A DNA stretch of 64,000 nt from Candidatus Saccharimonadota bacterium (GTDB lineage: Bacteria > Patescibacteriota > Saccharimonadia > Saccharimonadales > Saccharimonadaceae). The position numbers and the translations under genes are program-made. Below are positions 24,868-33,834 of this stretch, piece by piece; position 1 is the stretch's first letter; the number at the start of each line of letters is the position of its first letter. Location of the stretch: NCBI GenBank assembly GCA_017431955.1, contig JAFRKC010000003.1, positions 3,299 through 67,298 on the forward strand, read 5' to 3'. Below the pieces are notes generated by a model. The model did not search any database and was not told the origin of the DNA. It worked only from the letters and a program-made list of their open reading frames with translations.

Positions 24868-27520
24868 CAACTACTTTGATTTCGCTGGCATCTTCTGGCA
24901 GTTCGTATTCGAGACTGACAGATTCGCTGATGCTTTTACTTTCGAATGATGTGCCATTCACATAGATTGTGTACGAAGAAAGTGCTTCGCTTCCCTTATA
25001 GATATCTATGTAGGCGATGTAATCTGTCACCGAAACTTCTACAGTTGGCGCACGATAGGTGTAGCTATACGGACAGGCATCTGATTCGTCTCTTGTGTAT
25101 GGTTCTGGAACATCCCAAACTTCTTCTTTGGTCATTGGATCGATAGTTTTGCTGACTTCTACAGAAATAATGTGGGAGTCTGGAGTACAAGAGGATGCGA
25201 GTTTGTGGGTGAACTTGTTGAAATTGAGGGCGGTTTTAGTGACGCCAGAAGTTTTGCTATTGTACCAGCTTGGCCAAATGTCGGTCTTGCCATTGACGGT
25301 GAGTTTTTGAATGCCGGCTGGTTGAGCTGGGCCGTTGTTTGGCGACCATTTCCCTTCTGGTTCGTACACTTCTTTGTGGACACGTTCCATGTATGTGCCG
25401 ATGGTGTAGCGCACCACGTTGTTGGAGTTTGATGATAGGCCTGAGCCGTCGTGGTTACCGTTCCAAACGAGAGTAGACAATGCGGTGGAGTAGCTTTCCA
25501 TGAGGGAGTCTTTGGTAACGGCGGAGTTGGTAGTGGTGGTGGTACCAGTCTTGGTGGCTGTCCATACACCTGGAACTACAAAGCCTTCGTTATTAAACCA
25601 CCTTGCGCTGTGATCGCTCAAAACATTAGAAATCATGTAGGCAACTTGTTCGTCTACAACACGGACTGAAGGAGTGTCGGACCAAGTTTCGAGAATGTCA
25701 CCGGATGAGTTTTTGACTTCTAGGACATAAGAAAGATCTTTGTAGGCGCCGCCCCTAGCAAGCGAAGCGTAGGCGTTGGCGTGCTCGACCATTCTGACTC
25801 CACAACCGGAACCGATGGCGATAGACAAGCCGTAGTTACCGTCGCGATCCGCACAATAAGAAACGTCACCAAGAGCATGTGCTACTTCGAGAGAGTTTTC
25901 TATACCATTAATGTAGAGAGCTTTAACGGCGGCAATGTTCAAGGAGTGACCTAGGGAGAACCTAATAGTAACGTTGCCGTAGAATTGGCCGGTGGCGTTG
26001 GTCATAGAACAACTGCCGGAATAGCCCTTACAATACAAAGCGTTGATATTTTCGTCTTTTAAAATGGAGCCTGGGCCGAAGTTTTGGCCATCACGTTGCA
26101 TGAACAAAGGCGCGTAGTCTAGGATTGGCTTGATAGTAGAACCTGGCTCGATGAGAGAGTCGGTAGTAGCGTTAACCTCGCCATAAGTGCCGTTGAAGAA
26201 GTCGATAGAACCGACCATGGCTACAACCTGGGAAGTTTCGACATCTACAGAAACTAGAGCGATATCATCACTGTGGTTAACGTAGGTGTTAGCGGCGCCA
26301 ACTGCAACTGCGTCTTCGGCGATTTTTTGAGCGCGATAGTCGAGAGTAGTGGTGATAGTGAAGCCACCGGCGCGCATGGTTTGAATGCCGTACTTATCTT
26401 CTAGCTGTTTTCTGACTTCTAGGACAAAGTGTGGGGCTTTCATACCTTCGTATTGACTGGATTCTGGTTGGATTTGGTCGAGAATAGCAACTTCCTTAGC
26501 TTCTTCGGCTTCTTCTCTAGTGATGGCGCCGATTTCAACCATACCATCAAGTACTTTGTGTTGGCGTTCGATTAACATATCGTTGCCATAGACATTGTAT
26601 GGGTTTAGAACACCTGGGTTGTTTGGGATAGCGGCAAGAAGTGCAGACTCGGCAAGATTAAGATCGGCAGCAGACTTATTGAAATAAGTTCTGGCGGCAC
26701 TTTCTACACCGTTACGACGACCACCGTATGGCGATTCGTTGAGATACATGGTGATAATTTGCTCTTTTTCGTAGGTTTTTTCAAGTTCCATCGAAAGAAT
26801 GAGCTCCTTGATTTTACGGGCGATACCACCACGGTTCTCTGAGGAGGCTTCGTCAGAGAAATATAACTGCTTGATAAGCTGCTGAGTAAGGGTAGAACCA
26901 CCCTGCACGCCTTTGCCAGATAGAGTAGAAAGTGTAGCGCGGACAAGAGCGCCTAAGTCTACACCTGGGTGATTGTAAAAGTTTTTATCCTCGATAGCCA
27001 CTGTAGCTTGGCGCATATAGGTAGAGATTTCTGAGCCGTCGACGGCGATACGATAATCTTCATTACCGGTATCCTGCCAGAGCACTTCGCCATTACGATC
27101 TAGATAGGTGTTGACCGTATCCTGAATGTGAATGTTTGAAAGCTGCGATTCAAGATCTTTAACCTCTTTTTTATAATAGAGGAAGAGACCACCAACTGCG
27201 ATGACACCAATTAAGAAACAGGCGCAGAGAAATTTAAGGACTTTCTTGAAGCCATACCAAGAAAACCAATAATGAAAAACGCGTTTTGGATGGAAATGAG
27301 CAAAGAAGCGTTTGACCGGATCTTTTGGCAAACTGGCCAAAGATTCGGCGCGCTTTCTGGCTTGCTTGTCTTTGCGCATTTGGCGCTTGTATTTCCACTT
27401 TTGGAAGAAGCTCATATTGTCTAGTTTTACTTTGTTTGGCTTTGAATTATTTTTTTTAGGTAAAATAATTTCACTCTTAGATTTGGCCTTTTTGGTGGCC
27501 TTTCTCGCAGTTTTTTTCAT
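24821..27520 (-). CDS. Class A penicillin-binding protein (transglycosylase/transpeptidase)
   Basis: ATVAIEDKNFYNHPGVD, QGGSTLTQQLIK, RKIKE, YLNESPYG; GSTIKP (SxxK), SLNI, KTGTT. Confidence 0.95.
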   Translation of the reverse strand: MKKTARKATKKAKSKSEIILPKKNNSKPNKVKLDNMSFFQKWKYKRQMRKDKQARKRAESLASLPKDPVKRFFAHFHPKRVFHYWFSWYGFKKVLKFLCACFLIGVIAVGGLFLYYKKEVKDLESQLSNIHIQDTVNTYLDRNGEVLWQDTGNEDYRIAVDGSEISTYMRQATVAIEDKNFYNHPGVDLGALVRATLSTLSGKGVQGGSTLTQQLIKQLYFSDEASSENRGGIARKIKELILSMELEKTYEKEQIITMYLNESPYGGRRNGVESAARTYFNKSAADLNLAESALLAAIPNNPGVLNPYNVYGNDMLIERQHKVLDGMVEIGAITREEAEEAKEVAILDQIQPESSQYEGMKAPHFVLEVRKQLEDKYGIQTMRAGGFTITTTLDYRAQKIAEDAVAVGAANTYVNHSDDIALVSVDVETSQVVAMVGSIDFFNGTYGEVNATTDSLIEPGSTIKPILDYAPLFMQRDGQNFGPGSILKDENINALYCKGYSGSCSMTNATGQFYGNVTIRFSLGHSLNIAAVKALYINGIENSLEVAHALGDVSYCADRDGNYGLSIAIGSGCGVRMVEHANAYASLARGGAYKDLSYVLEVKNSSGDILETWSDTPSVRVVDEQVAYMISNVLSDHSARWFNNEGFVVPGVWTATKTGTTTTTNSAVTKDSLMESYSTALSTLVWNGNHDGSGLSSNSNNVVRYTIGTYMERVHKEVYEPEGKWSPNNGPAQPAGIQKLTVNGKTDIWPSWYNSKTSGVTKTALNFNKFTHKLASSCTPDSHIISVEVSKTIDPMTKEEVWDVPEPYTRDESDACPYSYTYRAPTVEVSVTDYIAYIDIYKGSEALSSYTIYVNGTSFESKSISESVSLEYELPEDASEIKVVATDVYGESGSDQDSF

Positions 27521-27533
27521 AAGCTAAATTATA

Positions 27534-28055
27534 TCAAACTCGTTTGACTTTGACCATAGCTGGACGCAAAATTTGGTCGGCATAAAAATAGCCTGGGCGG
27601 AGAGTTCCGGCGATAACTTCTTTGTCGCCATCGCCGTCTTCAACTAGCACGGCATCATGAAGGTCGGGATTGAATTCCGCGCCTTCTTTAGTGTCAATTT
27701 TGGTGATCTTGAGCTCTTTTAAGGCTTTCTCGAAAGATTTGGCCAGGGGTGAGAGTTCTGGATTTGAAGCAATTCCCCTTTCAATGTCGTCTAACAGAGG
27801 TAGGAGTTTCAAAAGCGTACCCTCGGTGGCCATTTCCATAGCCTGAAGGCGCTGATTGTCTACCTGTTTGCGGAAATTCTCAAAATCAGCACGAGTACGT
27901 TGCAAATCGGCGGTTAATTCGGCGATTTTAGCGGCATTTTCGTCTTGAGCTTGGTCTGATGGCTCTTCTGGGGCAACTTTCGTCTCAGGGGCTTCTAGAG
28001 GGGTTTCCTCTAAAATCTCTTCTGAATCTTCGGGTTTTTTGTGGTTTTTAATCAT
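27534..28055 (-). CDS. grpE: Nucleotide exchange factor GrpE
   Basis: LQRTRADFENFRK, LLPLLDDIERG, FNPDLHDAV, LRPGY...LRPAMVKV. Confidence 0.96.
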   Translation of the reverse strand: MIKNHKKPEDSEEILEETPLEAPETKVAPEEPSDQAQDENAAKIAELTADLQRTRADFENFRKQVDNQRLQAMEMATEGTLLKLLPLLDDIERGIASNPELSPLAKSFEKALKELKITKIDTKEGAEFNPDLHDAVLVEDGDGDKEVIAGTLRPGYFYADQILRPAMVKVKRV

Positions 28056-28777
28056 AATATCTCCTCTAACATGTTACCAGCGTGGCGGACAAGCGACATC
28101 ACGCGACTATAATTTTGACGGGTAGGGCCAAGCACCCCAATATAACTCTTATCTGAAAATGGGGAGCGGAATTTGCTAATAATCAGAGAAACGCCGGAGG
28201 TTTTGCCGATGGGGTTCTCGTGGCCAATGAAAATATTAAGAGGTTCGCCTGGGGAGGCTTCTCTGAGCCATGGTTCCAGGTTATCTAGGAGTTTAGCAAC
28301 AGATCTAACTCTAGAATTATCCATAAATTCTGGCTGAGTGAAGAGCCTGGAAATACCGGCAAGATAAAGCTGATCACCGATGGTAGCGAGGCCCAAGTTC
28401 CCTGTTAGTTCGACTAGGGAATCGACGGCACCGCGAATAGCAAAATCAGCGCGGGATTGGGAATTAACTCTTACCTCTAAGGCATGGGCACTGCGATCGA
28501 TGATTTTATCGTCAATAGTGCTGATTTGGTCATTTCCCTGTTCGGCGAGAGAGTTAACATAAAGACGATAGCCGGCATCGGTAGGGATGCGGCCAGCAGA
28601 GGTGTGAGGCTGTGCAACCAGGCCCATTTCCTCTAGTTTGCCCATTTCGGAGCGGATAGTAGCAGATGAAACGTTGAATAATTTTGCAAGAGTAACACTA
28701 CCGACAGGGGCAGCCATTTCGGCATATTCCTCTATAATAGCGAATAATATGGCCTTTTGGCGTTCAGTAATATTCAT
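28052..28777 (-). CDS. hrcA: Heat-inducible transcription repressor HrcA (short form)
   Basis: TERQKAILFAIIEEY...PVGS...SSATIRSEMGKLEEMGLVAQPHTSAGRIPTDAGYRLYV; IGVLGPTRQNY. Confidence 0.95.
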   Translation of the reverse strand: MNITERQKAILFAIIEEYAEMAAPVGSVTLAKLFNVSSATIRSEMGKLEEMGLVAQPHTSAGRIPTDAGYRLYVNSLAEQGNDQISTIDDKIIDRSAHALEVRVNSQSRADFAIRGAVDSLVELTGNLGLATIGDQLYLAGISRLFTQPEFMDNSRVRSVAKLLDNLEPWLREASPGEPLNIFIGHENPIGKTSGVSLIISKFRSPFSDKSYIGVLGPTRQNYSRVMSLVRHAGNMLEEIL

Positions 28778-28783
28778 GAGCTA

Positions 28784-28821
28784 ATTATAGTAAATTAGCA
28801 GTTTAAGGTCAAGAGTGCTAT
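28784..28821 (-). promoter_or_regulatory. CIRCE-like operator overlapping the sigma70 promoter of leaderless hrcA
   Basis: Minus strand ATAGCACTC-ttgacctta-AACTGCTAA (consensus TTAGCACTC-N9-GAGTGCTAA); TTGACC-N17-TATAAT-N6-ATG. Confidence 0.8.
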
Positions 28822-28823
28822 TT

Positions 28824-29732
28824 TTAGGCGCCGACGCGGTCTTTGCTGTTTTTGCGGGTGGCGTTGTGCTCGATATATTCGATGATTTTTTCAGCGACGT
28901 TGCGGCCGGTGATGCGTTCGATGCCAAAGCCAGGAGAAGCATTGACCTCTAGTACGAGTGGGCCACGTTCGCTACGCATAAGGTCGACACCAGCGATGTG
29001 AAGACCCATGGCTTTAGCGGCGCGAACGGCAATTTTCTTTTCTTCGTCGGTGAGTTTGATGATTTTACCTTCGCCGCCTTTGTGAAGATTGCTGCGGAAA
29101 TCATCATCTAAGGATTGTCTTTGCATACTAGCAACCACACGAGAGCCAACTACAAAAGCGCGGATATCAGTGCCAGCAGACTCTTTAATATATTCCTGAA
29201 GAAGAATGTTGGTGCCATCTTCGTTATAGAGGTAGAAAGCCTGCAAAGCAGATTTGGCAGCCTTTTTAGTGTCGGCAAGAACCACGCCATTGCCGTGAGT
29301 ACCGGTAGCGAGCTTGATAATCACTGGGAGGCCAATTTGTTCAATCAAATCATCGATATCGGCAGTGTTACGAGAAACAAGAGTCTTAGGGGTATCAACA
29401 CCGTTTTTGGTAAGAATTTGAGCAGAGCGCAACTTATCGCGAGCGCGAGTGATAGCGATAGAGCTAGAAGCCGTCCAGATGCCTTGCATCTCGAACTGGC
29501 GAACAATAGCACAGCCATAGCGGGTCATGCCATTAGAGATACGCGGCAAAATAGCGTCAAATTTACCAACTTTTTTACCTTTATAGAAGACTTCTGGATG
29601 TTTTTCGTCGAGCGAAATATAACAATTCTTGTATTTGATAACTTTTACTTCGTGACCACGTTTTTCAGCTTCTTCAACGAGGCGTTTGGTGGAGTAGTTG
29701 GCATTGCCGTTAGATAAAATTGCGATTTTCAT
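28824..29732 (-). CDS. rimK: RimK family ATP-grasp alpha-L-glutamate ligase
   Basis: MKIAILS...YSTKRLVEEAEKRGH, ARDKLRS, GTHGNGV, QEYIKES.GTDIR, FRSNLHKGG, LEVNASPG. Confidence 0.95.
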   Translation of the reverse strand: MKIAILSNGNANYSTKRLVEEAEKRGHEVKVIKYKNCYISLDEKHPEVFYKGKKVGKFDAILPRISNGMTRYGCAIVRQFEMQGIWTASSSIAITRARDKLRSAQILTKNGVDTPKTLVSRNTADIDDLIEQIGLPVIIKLATGTHGNGVVLADTKKAAKSALQAFYLYNEDGTNILLQEYIKESAGTDIRAFVVGSRVVASMQRQSLDDDFRSNLHKGGEGKIIKLTDEEKKIAVRAAKAMGLHIAGVDLMRSERGPLVLEVNASPGFGIERITGRNVAEKIIEYIEHNATRKNSKDRVGA

Positions 29733-30241
29733 TTTACGGCTCCTTTCTCTTTAGATTTTACATATTTTTGATGAAATTCATAGGGATTTTGTTGAAGTTT
29801 CTTGTTTAGACCGATGGTTTTAGTAATTTTAGCGTGCTTAATGGCTTTTTCCGAAACATCAACGATAAATTTGTTTTTAATAGTGCGTCTGCCAATTAAA
29901 ATTGGAAATTGGTTTCTACTGCGGTCGGCAAGATTAAACAATATTTTGATCTTGCGGCCGTTGATTTTGGCTGATAGTTTGGTGCGGTAGCGGATTTGTT
30001 CATCTCCGTGTGCACTGCGCACTACAGCCACCTTAAAATCTTTGGTTCTAATACTTTCACCGGTGTAAAATTCGCTTTTTGGTCCAAAAAGCTTGAATTC
30101 TAGGACATGATTTTTGGTGACATTAATGTCTGATGCCCAGATAGCAGAAGAATCAGCCCCGGTGTCAACCTTGGCTGGTACATCTTTAAAATCGGCAACA
30201 TCAATCAAAATATTGGAGCCAATGGTACTTTTGGCGCGCAT
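29729..30241 (-). CDS. RimK-associated putative protease (RimK/LysX family, aspartic-protease-like)
   Basis: PAKVDTGADSSAI, FNLADRS...FPILIGR; 4-nt overlap with rimK. Confidence 0.85.
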   Translation of the reverse strand: MRAKSTIGSNILIDVADFKDVPAKVDTGADSSAIWASDINVTKNHVLEFKLFGPKSEFYTGESIRTKDFKVAVVRSAHGDEQIRYRTKLSAKINGRKIKILFNLADRSRNQFPILIGRRTIKNKFIVDVSEKAIKHAKITKTIGLNKKLQQNPYEFHQKYVKSKEKGAVK

Positions 30242-30299
30242 GTCTTTATTATATCACGCGAGACAATTTTTGTCAATGTAGCTTACGCTTGATTTAAGA

Positions 30300-30527
30300 T
30301 TAGATTACACTGGCTTTGATGCGGGTTTCGACCAGGCCAGTGCTGGTGTTGCGGACGACGATATCGACGCCATTTGAAGAACGTTCGATGCGATGGGTGA
30401 CCCATCCGGAAGAATTACGGACTACCATAGTGTTGGTAACAAGGCTGCCCTCGATACGAGAAACAGACCCGTCTGGTTGACGCAAAATCAACCCGTTTCT
30501 AACAAGCATATCTTCAATAATGCCCAT
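30300..30527 (-). CDS. Small hypothetical protein
   Basis: 75-aa ORF with GGGGAG SD, beta-hairpin-like repeats. Confidence 0.55.
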   Translation of the reverse strand: MGIIEDMLVRNGLILRQPDGSVSRIEGSLVTNTMVVRNSSGWVTHRIERSSNGVDIVVRNTSTGLVETRIKASVI

Positions 30528-30598
30528 AATCTCCCCTAATAAATTGTACTTAAGAGAGATTGTACAGACTTTTTTTTAAATGTAAAGCATGAGTATGT

Positions 30599-31498
30599 TT
30601 AATTCCAAAAACCGCGTTTTTTATTCTTGTAACCACGGAATTCTTCAAGTAATTCCTTTTGGTGACGAGTGAGATTTTTTGGAGTTTCAACGAGAATTGT
30701 GACGATGTGTGGACCACGATCGTTGTTGGCATTCATAAGTGGGACGCCGTGGCCAGACAACTTGAATGGGGTGCCGGATTGAGTGCCAGCTGGGATTTTC
30801 ATATGGACAATGCCATCGACGGTTTCGACTTCGATTTCGGTACCAAGTGCGGCATCGACCATAGAGATGGAAGTTTCGGAAAGAATGATGCTGCCCTCGC
30901 GGGTGAGGTGTTTGTGTGGTTTGACGCGAACTTGAACGTAGAGGTCTCCCCTACTACCGCCGTTTGGTGCTTCGCCACCTTTGCCAGCGAGGCGAATAGA
31001 CATGCCGTCGTCGATACCGGCAGGAATTTTGATTTTGAAGCTTTTGCCTTCACTCGTGACCTCCCTGGTGGTGCCAAAAATAGCTTCTTCAAAACTAATA
31101 GAAACGTTAACTTGAAGATCAGCGCCGCGAGATGGACGACGGCCACGGCCGCCAAAACCAAAGATAGAACCAAGAATGTCTTCAAAACCGCCACCGCCAA
31201 AATCGAAATTGAAAGATTGGCCGTTGAAATTGAAGTTGCCATTTTGAAATGGGTTGCCGCCACCAGCGTTGCCACCAACACCGGCATGGCCGAATTGGTC
31301 GTAGCGGGCACGTTTTTGCTTATCTGACAGAACTTCGTGGGCTTCAGAAATCTCTTTGAATTTTTCTTCGGCCTCTTTGTTACCAGGATTTTTGTCGGGA
31401 TGATATTTAATGGCAAGTTTGCGGTAGGCCTTTTTAATCTCGTCATCAGAAGCGTTTTTAGAAACGCCCAAAACTTCATAATAATCTCGTTTAGACAT
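30599..31498 (-). CDS. dnaJ: DnaJ-family chaperone lacking the Cys-rich zinc finger (class B/CbpA-like)
   Basis: RDYYEVLGV...YHPDKN J-domain, G/F region, C-terminal domain; no CxxCxGxG repeats. Confidence 0.92.
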   Translation of the reverse strand: MSKRDYYEVLGVSKNASDDEIKKAYRKLAIKYHPDKNPGNKEAEEKFKEISEAHEVLSDKQKRARYDQFGHAGVGGNAGGGNPFQNGNFNFNGQSFNFDFGGGGFEDILGSIFGFGGRGRRPSRGADLQVNVSISFEEAIFGTTREVTSEGKSFKIKIPAGIDDGMSIRLAGKGGEAPNGGSRGDLYVQVRVKPHKHLTREGSIILSETSISMVDAALGTEIEVETVDGIVHMKIPAGTQSGTPFKLSGHGVPLMNANNDRGPHIVTILVETPKNLTRHQKELLEEFRGYKNKKRGFWN

Positions 31499-31644
31499 AG
31501 AACATATTATAGCATTTTTATGCTAAAAAATAAAACTTTAGAGTTTTGGGGTTGATTTTTGAAGGAATATTCCTTATAATTGTTACACTCTCTTCGCGCT
31601 GAGCGGAGTTGAGGAGTACATTTATAAGGAGAGTGGATAATTCC

Positions 31645-31860
31645 ATGGACAAAAGTTCAAAAGAAATTTACAGAGAGGGGTGCTGGAGCGTGGAGCTAAG
31701 AGAGCGCAACAACCACCTCGGCAAAAAACCTTGGATATTGTTCCAAGGTAACGAAATGTTCAGCTGGAATGGAGAAAAATTAAGGCAACGTGGTTGCCTA
31801 AGTGAGCTAATGATACCACCGAATGTTTTAAAAGCGGCTAAGAATGCTCTCTCGGTTTGA
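31645..31860 (+). CDS. Small hypothetical protein (~71 aa, MDKSSKEIY...)
   Basis: AAGGAG upstream, TATAAT promoter at ~31575, strong terminator 31893-31920. Confidence 0.55.
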   Translation: MDKSSKEIYREGCWSVELRERNNHLGKKPWILFQGNEMFSWNGEKLRQRGCLSELMIPPNVLKAAKNALSV

Positions 31861-31892
31861 CCGAGTTTCTTCATTATATTTTCACTTTTCGC

Positions 31893-31920
31893 ACCCCACA
31901 GCTTTGGCTGTGGGGTTTTT
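31893..31920 (+). terminator. Intrinsic terminator
   Basis: ACCCCACAGC-tttg-GCTGTGGGGT-TTTT. Confidence 0.75.
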
Positions 31921-31941
31921 AATTTGTGCTATGATATTTAT

Positions 31942-32577
31942 ATGAATATAGAAGAAAAAATTGAAGCTATTAAATATTGGCTAAGGACTGGTTCGATTAA
32001 TATTTTTGGTTTGCCGATGAGCGGCAAAGATACGGTGGGCGTGAGGCTCGCCGAGGTTTTGGGCGGCAAATTTTTGTCATCAGGGATGATTATCCGCGCA
32101 ATGGAAAAAGAAACTAACCAGAAATTAACCGACGAAGGCAAGTTGATTGAAACGAACGTGTTTTATGATTGGGTTTTGCCATATTTTGAAAGGCAAGATT
32201 TGGCAGATTTTCCGCTAGTTTTGTCGTCGGTAGGGCGCTGGAGCGGCGAAGAAAATCAGGTGCTAAGTGTAGCAGAATCGGCCGGGCATCCAATCAAGGC
32301 TGTGATACTATTAAATATTTCTGAAGGCGACGTAATGTCGCGTTGGGAAGCGGCGCAAATTTTGAATGATCGTGGAGAACGCGCTGACGATAAAGAATTA
32401 GCGGTTTTTAAAACCAGAATTAATGAGTTCGTAGAAAAAACTATCCCGGTGCTTAAACATTACAGGGAGATGGGTTTACTCGTAGAGGTGAAGGCTGACA
32501 TGGATAGAGAGTCAGTGTTTAATGAAGCAATTGAACAGTTGTATCGGTTTGCCGAAAATTCCCGCGTGGTAGTTTAG
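31942..32577 (+). CDS. adk: Adenylate/nucleoside monophosphate kinase
   Basis: P-loop GLPMSGKDT, SSGMIIR, GERADD...RINEFVEKTIPV; start MNIEEK after TGcTATGAT-N6. Confidence 0.85.
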   Translation: MNIEEKIEAIKYWLRTGSINIFGLPMSGKDTVGVRLAEVLGGKFLSSGMIIRAMEKETNQKLTDEGKLIETNVFYDWVLPYFERQDLADFPLVLSSVGRWSGEENQVLSVAESAGHPIKAVILLNISEGDVMSRWEAAQILNDRGERADDKELAVFKTRINEFVEKTIPVLKHYREMGLLVEVKADMDRESVFNEAIEQLYRFAENSRVVV

Positions 32578-33797
32578 TCGCGTTTGAGCATCACGGTAAA
32601 GGCATCAGACGGGATGTCGATTTTGCCGAAGCGTTTCATGCGGGCTTTGCCACGCTTTTGTTTTTCGAGAAGTTTGGCTTTGCGGTCGCGATCGCCGGTG
32701 TGAATTTTGACGGTAACATCTTTACGGTAGGCGCCGATGGTCTCGCGGGCGATAATGCGAGCGCCGATAGCAGCCTGCAGAGCAACTTCAAAGTTTTGGC
32801 GCGGAATGATTTCTTTAAGTTTTTTGGTGATTTCTCGGCCAATACGATCGGCTTCGCTGCGGTGGCACATCACGGAAAGTGCATCGTTTTTGTTGCCGGC
32901 GATAAGAAAATCGACGCGCACCAAATCTTCGACACGATAGTCGGCGAGTTCGTAGTTAAACGAGGCATAGCCAGAAGTGAGAGATTTGAGTTGGTCGTAA
33001 AAATCGGTAAGTAGATTGGCCATTGGGGCTTCAAAATCGATGATGGCGCGATCTTCTAAGTAGCTGAGATTCTTTTGAATTCCGCGCTTTTCGACAATCA
33101 GATTTAAGACGTTGCCGATCATGGATTTTGGTAGGATGATTTCACCTTTTACCCATGGTTCGCGAATTTCTTTTACTTCGCTAGGATCAGGAAGATCAGA
33201 AGCGGATTTGATTTCGATTTCTTCGCCGGAGTTTAATACCACTTCGTAGTTGGTGGAAGGGTTGGTGACCACAAGATCAAGATTAAACTCGCGCTCTAAA
33301 CGCTCGCGAATGATGTCCATGTGAAGAAGTCCTAAGAAACCAATGCGCAGGCCAAAGCCGAGAATCGGAGAATTTTCGGGCTCAAATTTGAGCGCAGAGT
33401 CGGAAAGCGAAAGTTTTTCGACGGCTTCTTTTAAGGTTTTGTAATCTTCGTTTGACACTGGGAAAAAGCCAGCATAGACAAACGGCAAGACATTTTTGTA
33501 ACCCGGGAGTGGTTTGGCGGCAGGATTTTTAGCTAAAGTGACAGTATCGCCAACTTTGGCATCGCTGGTGGTTTTGAGGTTGGTAACAATGTAGCCAATT
33601 TCGCCTTCGGTGAGTTCTGGCTTTGGCGACATGTTGGGATTAAGAATACCGACTTCTAGAGCGAGGCCGGTTTTCTCAGCAGCCATCATTTTGATTTCGG
33701 AGTTCTTTGGCAGACTACCTTCGAAAATCCGGACGTAGAGGATAACTCCGCGGTAGTCATCAAAGTAGGAATCGAAAATTAGGGCTTTTAAATGCAT
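32574..33797 (-). CDS. lepA: Elongation factor 4 (LepA), domains II-III-V-CTD, as a separate gene
   Basis: LKALIFDSYFDDYRGV, VKVGDT-like AKVGDTVT, GLRIGFLGLLHMDIIRERLEREF, GYASFNY, IPRQNFEVALQA, LLEKQKRGKARMK; own TGtTATAAT-N7-ATG. Confidence 0.95.
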   Translation of the reverse strand: MHLKALIFDSYFDDYRGVILYVRIFEGSLPKNSEIKMMAAEKTGLALEVGILNPNMSPKPELTEGEIGYIVTNLKTTSDAKVGDTVTLAKNPAAKPLPGYKNVLPFVYAGFFPVSNEDYKTLKEAVEKLSLSDSALKFEPENSPILGFGLRIGFLGLLHMDIIRERLEREFNLDLVVTNPSTNYEVVLNSGEEIEIKSASDLPDPSEVKEIREPWVKGEIILPKSMIGNVLNLIVEKRGIQKNLSYLEDRAIIDFEAPMANLLTDFYDQLKSLTSGYASFNYELADYRVEDLVRVDFLIAGNKNDALSVMCHRSEADRIGREITKKLKEIIPRQNFEVALQAAIGARIIARETIGAYRKDVTVKIHTGDRDRKAKLLEKQKRGKARMKRFGKIDIPSDAFTVMLKRD

Positions 33798-33834
33798 TAA
33801 TATTATTATAACATTTTTTCTGAAAAATGGAATG

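Noticed and set aside
31668-31874. 68-aa minus-strand ORF
   Set aside because: It overlaps the plus-strand 71-aa ORF, which has the promoter, SD and terminator.
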